NCBI GenBank assembly: GCA_964016885.1
Contig: OZ024745.1
Coordinates: forward strand, 4,278,001 to 4,342,000
DNA from: Eledone cirrhosa
Lineage: Eukaryota
Length of the DNA stretch: 64,000 bases
Reading direction: 5' to 3'
Shown: positions 38,801 through 51,100 of the stretch, piece by piece
Layout of the letters: every line of letters starts with the position of its first letter
How positions within the stretch are numbered: the stretch's first letter is position 1
Notes under the pieces: generated by a model
The model's database searches: none
Told to the model about the DNA's origin: nothing
Seen by the model: the letters and a program-made list of their open reading frames with translations, nothing else
Translations under genes and position numbers: made by a program

Positions 38801-39936
38801 TGAGAGTGCAGTGAACTGGAATAAAGTGAGAGTGCAGTGAACTGGAATAAAGTGAGAGTGCAGAGAACCAGAATAAAGTGAGAGTGCAGTGAACTGGAAT
38901 AAAGTGAGAGTGCAGTGAACCAGAATAAAGTGAGAGTGCAGTGAACTGGAATAAAGTGAGAGTGCAGTGAATCAGAATAAAGTGAGAGTGCAGTGAACCA
39001 GAATAAAGTAAGAGTGCAGTGAACTGGAATAAAGTGAGAGCGCAGTGAATCAGAATAAAGTGAGAGTGCAGTGAACCAGAATAAAGTGAGAGTGCAGTGA
39101 ACTGGAATAAAGTGAGAGTGCAGTGAACTGGAATAAAGTGAGAGTGCAGTGAATCAGAATAAAGTGAGAGTGCAGTGAACCAGAATAAAGTAAGAGTGCA
39201 GTGAACTGGAATTAAGTGAGAGTGCAGTGAACTGGAATAAAGTGAGAGTGCAGTGAACTGGAATAAAGTGAGAGTGCAGTGAACTGGAATAAAGTGAGAG
39301 TGCAGTGAACCAGAATAAAGTGAGAGTGCAGTGAACTGGAATAAAGTGAGAGTGCAGTGAACCAGAATAAAGTGAGATTGCAGTGAACTGGAATAAAGTG
39401 AGAGTGCAGTGAACTGGAATAAAGTGAGAGTGCAGTGAACCAGAATAAAGTGAGAGTGCAGTGAACTGGAATAAAGTGAGAGCGCAGTGAATCAGAATAA
39501 AGTGAGAGTGCAGTGAACTGGAATAAAGTGAGAGTGCAGTGAATCAGAATAAAGTGAGAGCGCAGTGAACCAGAATAAAGTAAGAGTGGAGTGAACTGGA
39601 ATAAAGTGAGAGTGCAGTGAACTGGAATAAAGTGAGAGTGCAGTGAACTGGAATAAAGTGAGAGTGCAGTGAACCAGAATAAAGTGAGAGTGCAGTGAAC
39701 CAGAATAAAGTGAGAGTGCAGTGAACTGGAATAAAGTGAGAGTGCAGTGAACTGGAATAAAGTGAGAGTGCAGTGAACTGGAATAAAGTGAGAGTGCAGT
39801 GAACTGGAATAAAGTGAGAGTGCAGTGAACTGGAATAAAGTGAGAGTGCAGTGAACCAGAATAAAGTGAGAGTGCAGTGAACTGGAATAATGTGAGAGTG
39901 CAGTGAACTGGAATAAAGTGAGAGTGCAGTGAACCA
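32813..39936 (+). repeat. HOR copy, sub-lineage II (274 monomers)
   Basis: Markers are offset 8,632 from the 24181 copy (twin 268-aa pseudo-ORFs). It is 156 bp longer because six monomers near 35.8 kb are missing near 27.1 kb. Confidence 0.85.
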
Positions 39937-41028
39937 GAATAAAGTGAGAGTGCAGTGAAATGGAATAAAGTGAGAGCGCAGTGAATCAGAATAAAGTGAT
40001 AGTGCAGTGAACTGGAATAAAGTGAGAGTGCAGTGAATCAGAATAAAGTGAGAGTGCAGTGAACCAGAATAAAGTAAGAGTGCAGTGAACTAGAATAAAG
40101 TGAGAGTGCAGTGAACTGGAATAAAGTGAGAGTGCAGTGAACTGGAATAAAGTGAGAGTGCAGTGAACTGGAATAAAGTAAGAGTGCAGTGAACTAGAAT
40201 AAAGTGAGAGTGCAGTGAACCAGAATAAAGTGAGAGTGCAGTGAACTGGAATAAAGTGAGAGTGCAGAGAACCAGAATAAAGTGAGAGTGCAGTGAACTG
40301 GAATAAAGTGAGAGTGCAGAGAACCAGAATAAAGTGAGAGTGCAGTGAACTGGAATAAAGTGAGAGTGCAGTGAACTGGAATAAAGTGAGAGTGCAGTGA
40401 ATCAGAATAAAGTGAGAGTGCAGTGAACTGGAAGAAAGTGAGAGCGCAGTGAATCAGAATAAAGTGAGAGTGCAGCGAACTGGAATAAAGTGAGAGTGCA
40501 GTGAACTGGAATAAAGTGAGAGTGCAGTGAACTGGAATAAAGTGAGAGTGCAGTGAACCAGAATAAAGTGAGAGTGCAGTGAACTGGAATAAAGTGCGAG
40601 TGCAGTGAACCAGAATAAAGTGAGATTGCAGTGAACTGGAATAAAGTGAGAGTGCAGTGAACTGGAATAAAGTGAGAGTGCAGTGAACCAGAATAAAGTG
40701 AGAGTGCAGTGAACTGGAATAAAGTGAGAGCGCAGTGAATCAGAATAAAGTGAGAGTGCAGTGAACTGGAATAAAGTGAGAGTGCAGTGAATCAGAATAA
40801 AGTGAGAGCGCAGTGAACCAGAATAAAGTAAGAGTGCAGTGAACTGGAATAAAGTGAGAGTGCAGTGAACTGGAATAAAGTGAGAGTGCAGTGAACTGGA
40901 ATAAAGTGAGAGTGCAGTGAACCAGAATAAAGTGAGAGTGCAGTGAACCAGAATAAAGTGAGAGTGCAGTGAACTGGAATAAAGTGAGAGTGCAGTGAAC
41001 TGGAATAAAGTGAGAGTGCAGTGAACTG

Positions 41029-44000
41029 GAATAAAGTGAGAGTGCAGTGAAATGGAATAAAGTGAGAGCGCAGTGAATCAGAATAAAGTGATAGTGCAGT
41101 GAACTGGAATAAAGTGAGAGTGCAGTGAATCAGAATAAAGTGAGAGTGCAGTGAACCAGAATAAAGTAAGAGTGCAGTGAACTAGAATAAAGTGAGAGTG
41201 CAGTGAACTGGAATAAAGTGAGAGTGCAGTGAACTGGAATAAAGTGAGAGTGCAGTGAACTGGAATAAAGTAAGAGTGCAGTGAACTAGAATAAAGTGAG
41301 AGTGCAGTGAACCAGAATAAAGTGAGAGTGCAGTGAACTGGAATAAAGTGAGAGTGCAGAGAACCAGAATAAAGTGAGAGTGCAGTGAACTGGAATAAAG
41401 TGAGAGTGCAGAGAACCAGAATAAAGTGAGAGTGCAGTGAACTGGAATAAAGTGAGAGTGCAGTGAACTGGAATAAAGTGAGAGTGCAGTGAATCAGAAT
41501 AAAGTGAGAGTGCAGTGAACTGGAATAAAGTGAGAGCGCAGTGAATCAGAATAAAGTAAGAGTGCAGCGAACTGGAATAAAGTGAGAGTGCAGTGAACTG
41601 GAATAAAGTGAGAGTGCAGTGAACTGGAATAAAGTGAGAGTGCAGTGAACTGGAATAAAGTGAGAGTGCAGTGAACTGGAATAAAGTAAGAGTGCAGTGA
41701 ACTAGAATAAAGTGAGAGTGCAGTGAACCAGCATAAAGTGAGAGTGCAGTGAACTGGAATAAAGTGAGAGTGCAGAGAACCAGAATGAAGTGAGAGTGCA
41801 GTGAACTGGAATAAAGTGAGAGTGCAGTGAATCAGAATAAAGTGAGAGTGCAGTGAACCAGAATAAAGGAAGAGTGCAGTGAACTGGAATAAAGTGAGAG
41901 TGCAGTGAACTGGAATAAAGTGAGAGTGCAGTGAACTGGAATAAAGTGAGAGTGCAGGGAACTGGAATAAAGTGAGAGTGCAGTGAACTGGAATAAAGTG
42001 AGGGTGCAGTGAACTGGAATAAAGTGAGAGTGCAGTGAACCAGAATAAAGTAAGAGTGCAGTGAACTGGAATAAAGTGAGAGCGCAGTGAATCAGAATAA
42101 AGTGAGAGTGCAGTGAACCAGAATAAAGTGAGAGTGCAGTGAACTGGAATAAAGTGAGAGTGCAGTGAACCAGAATAAAGTGAGAGTGCAGTGAACTGGA
42201 ATAAAGTGAGAGCGCAGTGAATCAGAATAAAGTGAGGGTGCAGTGAACTGGAATAAAGTGAGAGTGCAGTGAATCAGAATAAAGTGAGAGCGCAGTGAAC
42301 CAGAATAAAGTAAGAGTGCAGTGAACTGGAATAAAGTGAGAGTGCAGTGAACTGGAATAAAGTGAGAGTGCAGTGAACTGGAATAAAGTGAGAGTGCAGT
42401 GAACCAGAATAAAGTGAGAGTGCAGTGAACCAGAATAAAATGAGAGTGCAGTGAACTGGAATAAAGTGAGAGTGCAGTGAACTGGAATAAAGTGAGAGTG
42501 CAGTGAACTGGAATAAAGTGAGAGTGCAGTGAACTGGAATAAAGTGAGAGTGCAGTGAACCAGAATAAAGTGAGAGTGCAGTGAACTGGAATAATGTGAG
42601 AGTGCAGTGAACTGGAATAAAGTGAGAGTGCAGTGAACCAGAATAAAGTGAGAGTGCAGTGAACTGGAATAAAGTGAGAGCGCAGTGAATCAGAATAAAG
42701 TGAGAGTGCAGTGAACTGGAATAAAGTGAGAGTGCAGTGAATCAGAATAAAGTGAGAGTGCAGTGAACCAGAATAAAGTAAGGGTGCAGTGAACTGGAAT
42801 AAAGTGAGAGTGCAGTGAACTGGAATAAAGTGAAAGTGCAGTGAACTGGAATAAAGTGAGAGTGCAGTGAACTGGAATAAAGTAAGAGTGTAGTGAACTA
42901 GAATAAAGTGAGAGTGCAGTGAACTGGAATAAAGTGAGAGTGCAGTGAACCAGAATAAAGTGAGAGTACAGTGAACTGGAATAAAGTGAGAGTGCAGAGA
43001 ACCAGAATAAAGTGAGAGTGCAGTGAACTGGAATAAAGTGAGAGTGCAGTGAACCAGAATAAAGTAAGAGTGCAGTGAACTGGAATAAAGTGAGAGTGCA
43101 GTGAACTGGAATAAAGTGAGAGTGCAGTGCACCAGAATAAAGTGAGAGTGCAGTGAACTGGAATAAAGTGAGAGTGCAGTGAATCAGAATAAAGTGAGAG
43201 TGCAGTGAACCAGAATAAAGTAAGAGTGCAGTGAACTGTAATAAAGTGAGAGCGCAGTGAATCAGAATAAAGTGAGAGTGCAGTGAACCAGAATAAAGTG
43301 AGAGTGCAGTGAACTGGAATAAAGTGAGAGTGCAGTGAACTGGAATAAAGTGAGAGTGCAGTGAATCAGAATAAAGTGAGAGTGCAGTGAACCAGAATAA
43401 AGTAAGAGTGCAGTGAACTGGAATAAAGTGAGAGTGCAGTGAACTGGAATAAAGTGAGAGTGCAGTGAACTGGAATAAAGTGAGAGTGCAGTGAACCAGA
43501 ATAAAGTGAGAGTACAGTGAACTGGAATAAAGTGAGAGTGCAGTGAACTGGAATAAAGTGAGAGTGCAGTGAACCAGAATAAAGTGAGAGTGCAGTGAAC
43601 TGGAATAAAGTTAGAGTGCAGTGAATCAGAATAAAGTGAGAGTGCAGTGAACCAGAATAAAGTGAGAGTGCAGTGAACTGGAATAAAGTGAGAGTGCAGT
43701 GAACTGGAATAAAGTGAGAGTGCAGTGAACTGGAATAAAGTGAGAGTGCAGTGAACTGGAATAAAGTGAGAGTGCAGAGAACCAGAATAAAGTGAGAGTG
43801 CAGTGAACTGGAATAAAGTGAGAGTGCAGTGAACTGGAATAAAGTGAGAGTGGAGTGAATCAGAATAAAGTGAGAGTGCAGTGAACAGGAATAAAGTGAG
43901 AGCGCAGTGAATCAGAATAAAGTGAGAGTGCAGTGAACTGGAATAAAGTGAGAGTGCAGTGAATCAGAATAAAGTGAGAGTGCAGTGAACCAGAATAAAG

Positions 44001-47000
44001 TAAGAGTGCAGTGAACTGGAATAAAGTGAGAGTGCAGTGAACTGGAATAAAGTGAGAGTGCAGTGAACCAGAATAAAGTGAGAGTGCAGTGAACTGGAAT
44101 AAAGTGAGAGTGCAGTGAATCAGAATAAAGTGAGAGTGCAGTGAACCAGAATAAAGTGAGAGTGCAGTGAACTGGAATAAAGTGAGAGTGCAGTGAACTG
44201 GAATAAAGTGAGAGTGCAGTGAATCAGAATAAAGTGAGAGTGCAGTGAACCAGAATAAAGTAAGAGTGCAGTGAACTGGAATAAAGTGAGAGTGCAGTGA
44301 ACTGGAATAAAGTGAGAGTGCAGTGAACTGGAATAAAGTGAGAGTGCAGTGAACTGGAATAAAGTGAGAGTGCAGTGAACCAGAATAAAGTGAGAGTGCA
44401 GTGAACTGGAATAAAGTGAGAGTGCAGTGAACCAGAATAAAGTGAGAGTGCAGTGAACTGGAATAAAGTGAGAGTGCAGTGAACTGGAATAAAGTGAGAG
44501 TGCAGTGAACCAGAATAAAGTGAGAGTGCAGTGAACTGGAATAAAGTGAGAGCGCAGTGAATCAGAATAAAGTGAGAGTGCAGTGAACTGGAATAAAGTG
44601 AGAGTGCAGTGAATCAGAATAAAGTGAGAGCGCAGTGAACCAGAATAAAGTAAGAATGCAGTGAACTGGAATAAAGTGAGAGTGCAGTGAACTGGAATAA
44701 AGTGAGAGTGCAGTGAACTGGAATAAAGTGAGAGTGCAGTGAACCAGAATAAAGTGAGAGTGCAGTGAACCAGAATAAAGTGAGAGTGCAGTGAACTCGA
44801 ATAAAGTGAGAGTGCAGTGAACTGGAATAAAGTGAGAGTGCAGTGAACTGGAATAAAGTGAGACTGCAGTGAACTGGAATAAAATGAGAGTGCAGTGAAC
44901 CAGAATAAAGTGAGAGTGCAGTGAACTGGAATAATGTGAGAGTGCAGTGAACTGGAATAAAGTGAGAGTGCAGTGAACCAGAATAAAGTGAGAGTGCAGT
45001 GAACTGGAATAAAGTGAGAGCGCAGTGAATCAGAATAAAGTGAGAGTGCAGTGAACTGGAATAAAGTGAGAGTGCAGTGAATCAGAATAAAGTGAGAGTG
45101 CAGTGAAGCAGAATAAAGTAAGAGTGCAGTGAACTGGAATAAAGTGAGAGTGCAGTGAACTGGAATAAAGTGAGAGTGCAGTGAACTGGAATAAAGTAAG
45201 AGTGCAGTGAACTAGAATAAAGTGAGAGTGCAGTGAACTGGAATAAAGTGAGCGTGCAGTGAACTGGAATAAAGTGAGAGTGCAGTGAACCAGAATAAAG
45301 TGAGAGTGCAGTGAACTGGAATAAAGTGAGAGTGCAGAGAACCAGAATAAAGTGAGAGTGCAGTGAACTGGAATAAAGTGAGAGTGCAGTGAACTGGAAT
45401 AAAGTGAGAGTGCAGTGAATCAGAATAAAGTGAGAGTGCAGTGAACCAGAATAAAGTAAGAGTGCAGTGAACTGGAATAAAGTGAGAGTGCAGTGAACTG
45501 GAATAAAGTGAGAGTGCAGTGAACTGGAATAAAGTGAGAGTGCAGGGAACTGGAATAAAGTGAGAGTGTAGTGAACTGGAATAAAGTGAGGGTGCAGTGA
45601 ACTGGAATAAAGTGAGAGTGCAGTGAACCAGAATAAAGTAAGAGTGCAGTGAACTGGAATAAAGTGAGAGCGCAGTGAATCAGAATAAAGTTAGAGTGCA
45701 GTGAACCAGAATAAAGTTAGAGTGCAGTGAACTGGAATAAAGTGAGAGTGCAGTGAACTGGAATAAAGTGAGAGTGCAGTGAATCAGAATAAAGTGAGAG
45801 TGCAGTGAACCAGAATAAAGTAAGAGTGCAGTGAACTGGAATAAAGTGAGAGTGCAGTGAACTGGAATAAAGTGAGAGTGCAGTGAACTGGAATAAAGTA
45901 AGAGCGCAGTGAACTGGAATAAAGTGAGAGTGCAGTGAACTGGAATAAAGTGAGAGTGCAGTGAACTGGAATAAAGTGAGAGTGCAGTGAACCAGAATAA
46001 AGTGAGAGTGCAGTGAACTGGAATAAAGTGAGAGCGCAGTGAACTGGAATAAAGTGAGAGTGCAGTGAACTGGAATAAAGTAAGAGCGCAGTGAACTGAA
46101 ATAAAGTGAGAGTGCAGTGAACCAGAATAAAGTGAGAGTGCAGTAAACTGGAATAAAGTGAGAGTGCAGTGAACCAGAATAAAGTGAGAGTGCAGTGAAC
46201 TGGAATAAAGTGAGAGTGCAGTGAACCAGAATAAAGTGAGAGTGCAGTGAACTGGAATAAAGTGAGAGTGCAGTGAACCGGAATAAAGTGAGAGTGCAGT
46301 GAACTGGAATAAAGTGAGAGTGCAGTAAACCAGAATAAAGTGAGAGTGCAGTGAACTGGAATAAAGTGAGAGCGCAGTGAACCGGAATAAAGTGAGAGTG
46401 CAGTGAACTGTAATAAAGTGAGAGTGCAGTGAACTGGAATAAAGTGAGAGTGCAGTGAACCAGAATAAAGTGAGAGTGCAGTGAACTGGAATAAAGTGAG
46501 AGTGCAGTGAACTGGAATAAAGTGAGAGTGCAGTGAACCAGAATAAAGTGAGAGTGCAGTGAACTGGAATAAAGTGAGAGTGCAGTGAATCAGAATAAAG
46601 TGAGAGTGCAGTGAACCAGAATAAAGTGAGAGTGCAGTGAACTGGAATAAAGTGAGAGTGCAGTGAACTGGAATAAAGTGAGAGTGCACTGAACTGGAAT
46701 AAAGTGAGAGTGCAGTGAACCAGAATAAAGTCAGAGTGCAGTGAACTGGAATAAAGTCAGAGTGCAGTGAACTGGAATAAAGTGAGAGTGCAGTGAACCA
46801 GAATAAAGTGAGAGTGCAGTGAACCAGAATAAAGTGAGAGTGCAGTGAACTGGAATAAAGTGAGAGTGCAGTGAACCAGAATAAAGTGAGAGTGCAGTGA
46901 ACTGGAATAAAGTGAGAGTGCAGTGAATCAGAATAAAGTGAGAGTGCAGTGAACCAGAATAAAGTGAGAGTGCAGTGAACTGGAATAAAGTGAGAGTGCA

Positions 47001-48126
47001 GTGAACTGGAATAAAGTGAGAGTGCAGTGAACTGGAATAAAGTGAGAGTGCAGAGAACCAGAATAAAGTGAGAGTGCAGTGAACTGGAATAAAGTGAGAG
47101 TGCAGTGAACCAGAATAAAGTGAGAGTGCAGTGAACTGGAATAAAGTGAGAGTGCAGTGAATCAGAATAAAGTGAGAGTGCAGTGAACCAGAATAAAGTA
47201 AGAGTGCAGTGAACTGGAATAAAGTGAGAGCGCAGTGAATCAGAATAAAGTGAGAGTGCAGTGAACCAGAATAAAGTGAGAGTGCAGTGAACTGGAATAA
47301 AGTGAGAGTGCAGTGAACTGGAATAAAGTGAGAGTGCAGTGAATCAGAATAAAGTGAGAGTGCAGTGAACCAGAATAAAGTAAGAGTGCAGTGAACTGGA
47401 ATTAAGTGAGAGTGCAGTGAACTGGAATAAAGTGAGAGTGCAGTGAACTGGAATAAAGTGAGAGTGCAGTGAACTGGAATAAAGTGAGAGTGCAGTGAAC
47501 CAGAATAAAGTGAGAGTGCAGTGAACTGGAATAAAGTGAGAGTGCAGTGAACCAGAATAAAGTGAGATTGCAGTGAACTGGAATAAAGTGAGAGTGCAGT
47601 GAACTGGAATAAAGTGAGAGTGCAGTGAACCAGAATAAAGTGAGAGTGCAGTGAACTGGAATAAAGTGAGAGCGCAGTGAATCAGAATAAAGTGAGAGTG
47701 CAGTGAACTGGAATAAAGTGAGAGTGCAGTGAATCAGAATAAAGTGAGAGCGCAGTGAACCAGAATAAAGTAAGAGTGCAGTGAACTGGAATAAAGTGAG
47801 AGTGCAGTGAACTGGAATAAAGTGAGAGTGCAGTGAACTGGAATAAAGTGAGAGTGCAGTGAACCAGAATAAAGTGAGAGTGCAGTGAACCAGAATAAAA
47901 TGAGAGTGCAGTGAACTGGAATAAAGTGAGAGTGCAGTGAACTGGAATAAAGTGAGAGTGCAGTGAACTGGAATAAAGTGAGAGTGCAGTGAACTGGAAT
48001 AAAGTGAGAGTGCAGTGAACTGGAATAAAGTGAGAGTGCAGTGAACCAGAATAAAGTGAGAGTGCAGTGAACTGGAATAATGTGAGAGTGCAGTGAACTG
48101 GAATAAAGTGAGAGTGCAGTGAACCA
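41029..48126 (+). repeat. HOR copy, sub-lineage II (273 monomers)
   Basis: GAAATG units at 41029 and 48127; CAGCAT 41729, GTGCAC ~43128, GAAGCA ~45105, TGCACT ~46685. Confidence 0.85.
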
Positions 48127-51100
48127 GAATAAAGTGAGAGTGCAGTGAAATGGAATAAAGTGAGAGCGCAGTGAATCAGAATAAAGTGATAGTGCAGTGA
48201 ACTGGAATAAAGTGAGAGTGCAGTGAATCAGAATAAAGTGAGAGTGCAGTGAACCAGAATAAAGTAAGAGTGCAGTGAACTAGAATAAAGTGAGAGTGCA
48301 GTGAACTGGAATAAAGTGAGAGTGCAGTGAACTGGAATAAAGTGAGAGTGCAGTGAACTGGAATAAAGTAAGAGTGCAGTGAACTAGAATAAAGTGAGAG
48401 TGCAGTGAACCAGAATAAAGTGAGAGTGCAGTGAACTGGAATAAAGTGAGAGTGCAGAGAACCAGAATAAAGTGAGAGTGCAGTGAACTGGAATAAAGTG
48501 AGAGTGCAGAGAACCAGAATAAAGTGAGAGTGCAGTGAACTGGAATAAAGTGAGAGTGCAGTGAACTGGAATAAAGTGAGAGTGCAGTGAATCAGAATAA
48601 AGTGAGAGTGCAGTGAACTGGAAGAAAGTGAGAGCGCAGTGAATCAGAATAAAGTGAGAGTGCAGCGAACTGGAATAAAGTGAGAGTGCAGTGAACTGGA
48701 ATAAAGTGAGAGTGCAGTGAACTGGAATAAAGTGAGAGTGCAGTGAACTGGAATAAAGTGAGAGTGCAGTGAACTGGAATAAAGTAAGAGTGCAGTGAAC
48801 TAGAATAAAGTGAGAGTGCAGTGAACCAGCATAAAGTGAGAGTGCAGTGAACTGGAATAAAGTGAGAGTGCAGAGAACCAGAATAAAGTGAGAGTGCAGT
48901 GAACTGGAATAAAGTGAGAGTGCAGTGAATCAGAATAAAGTGAGAGTGCAGTGAACCAGAATAAAGTAAGAGTGCAGTGAACTGGAATAAAGTGAGAGTG
49001 CAGTGAACTGGAATAAAGTGAGAGTGCAGTGAACTGGAATAAAGTGAGAGTGCAGGGAACTGGAATAAAGTGAGAGTGCAGTGAACTGGAATAAAGTGAG
49101 GGTGCAGTGAACTGGAATAAAGTGAGAGTGCAGTGAACCAGAATAAAGTAAGAGTGCAGTGAACTGGAATAAAGTGAGAGCGCAGTGAATCAGAATAAAG
49201 TGAGAGTGCAGTGAACCAGAATAAAGTGAGAGTGCAGTGAACTGGAATAAAGTGAGAGTGCAGTGAACCAGAATAAAGTGAGAGTGCAGTGAACTGGAAT
49301 AAAGTGAGAGCGCAGTGAATCAGAATAAAGTGAGAGTGCAGTGAACTGGAATAAAGTGAGAGTGCAGTGAATCAGAATAAAGTGAGAGCGCAGTGAACCA
49401 GAATAAAGTGAGAGTGCAGTGAACCAGAATAAAATGAGAGTGCAGTGAACTGGAATAAAGTGAGAGTGCAGTGAACTGGAATAAAGTGAGAGTGCAGTGA
49501 ACTGGAATAAAGTGAGAGTGCAGTGAACTGGAATAAAGTGAGAGTGCAGTGAACCAGAATAAAGTGAGAGTGCAGTGAACTGGAATAATGTGAGAGTGCA
49601 GTGAACTGGAATAAAGTGAGAGTGCAGTGAACTAGAATAAAGTGAGAGTGCAGTGAACTGGAATAAAGTGAGAGCGCAGTGAATCAGAATAAAGTGAGAG
49701 TGCAGTGAACTGGAATAAAGTGAGAGTGCAGTGAATCAGAATAAAGTGAGAGTGCAGTGAACCAGAATAAAGTAAGGGTGCAGTGAACTGGAATAAAGTG
49801 AGAGTGCAGTGAACTGGAATAAAGTGAAAGTGCAGTGAACTGGAATAAAGTGAGAGTGCAGTGAACTGGAATAAAGTAAGAGTGTAGTGAACTAGAATAA
49901 AGTGAGAGTGCAGTGAACTGGAATAAAGTGAGAGTGCAGTGAACCAGAATAAAGTGAGAGTACAGTGAACTGGAATAAAGTGAGAGTGCAGAGAACCAGA
50001 ATAAAGTGAGAGTGCAGTGAACTGGAATAAAGTGAGAGTGCAGTGAACCAGAATAAAGTAAGAGTGCAGTGAACTGGAATAAAGTGAGAGTGCAGTGAAC
50101 TGGAATAAAGTGAGAGTGCAGTGCACCAGAATAAAGTGAGAGTGCAGTGAACTGGAATAAAGTGAGAGTGCAGTGAATCAGAATAAAGTGAGAGTGCAGT
50201 GAACCAGAATAAAGTAAGAGTGCAGTGAACTGTAATAAAGTGAGAGCGCAGTGAATCAGAATAAAGTGAGAGTGCAGTGAACCAGAATAAAGTGAGAGTG
50301 CAGTGAACTGGAATAAAGTGAGAGTGCAGTGAACTGGAATAAAGTGAGAGTGCAGTGAATCAGAATAAAGTGAGAGTGCAGTGAACCAGAATAAAGTAAG
50401 AGTGCAGTGAACTGGAATAAAGTGAGAGTGCAGTGAACTGGAATAAAGTGAGAGTGCAGTGAACTGGAATAAAGTGAGAGTGCAGTGAACCAGAATAAAG
50501 TGAGAGTACAGTGAACTGGAATAAAGTGAGAGTGCAGTGAACTGGAATAAAGTGAGAGTGCAGTGAACCAGAATAAAGTGAGAGTGCAGTGAACTGGAAT
50601 AAAGTTAGAGTGCAGTGAATCAGAATAAAGTGAGAGTGCAGTGAATCAGAATAAAGTGAGAGTGCAGTGAACCACAATAAAGTGAGAGTGCAGTGAACTG
50701 GAATAAAGTGAGAGTGCAGTGAACTGGAATAAAGTGAGAGTGCAGTGAACTGGAATAAAGTGAGAGTGCAGAGAACCAGAATAAAGTGAGAGTGCAGTGA
50801 ACTGGAATAAAGTGAGAGTGCAGTGAACTGGAATAAAGTGAGAGTGGAGTGAATCAGAATAAAGTGAGAGTGCAGTGAACAGGAATAAAGTGAGAGCGCA
50901 GTGAATCAGAATAAAGTGAGAGTGCAGTGAACTGGAATAAAGTGAGAGTGCAGTGAATCAGAATAAAGTGAGAGTGCAGTGAACCAGAATAAAGTAAGAG
51001 TGCAGTGAACTGGAATAAAGTGAGAGTGCAGTGAACTGGAATAAAGTGAGAGTGCAGTGAACCAGAATAAAGTGAGAGTGCAGTGAACTGGAATAAAGTG

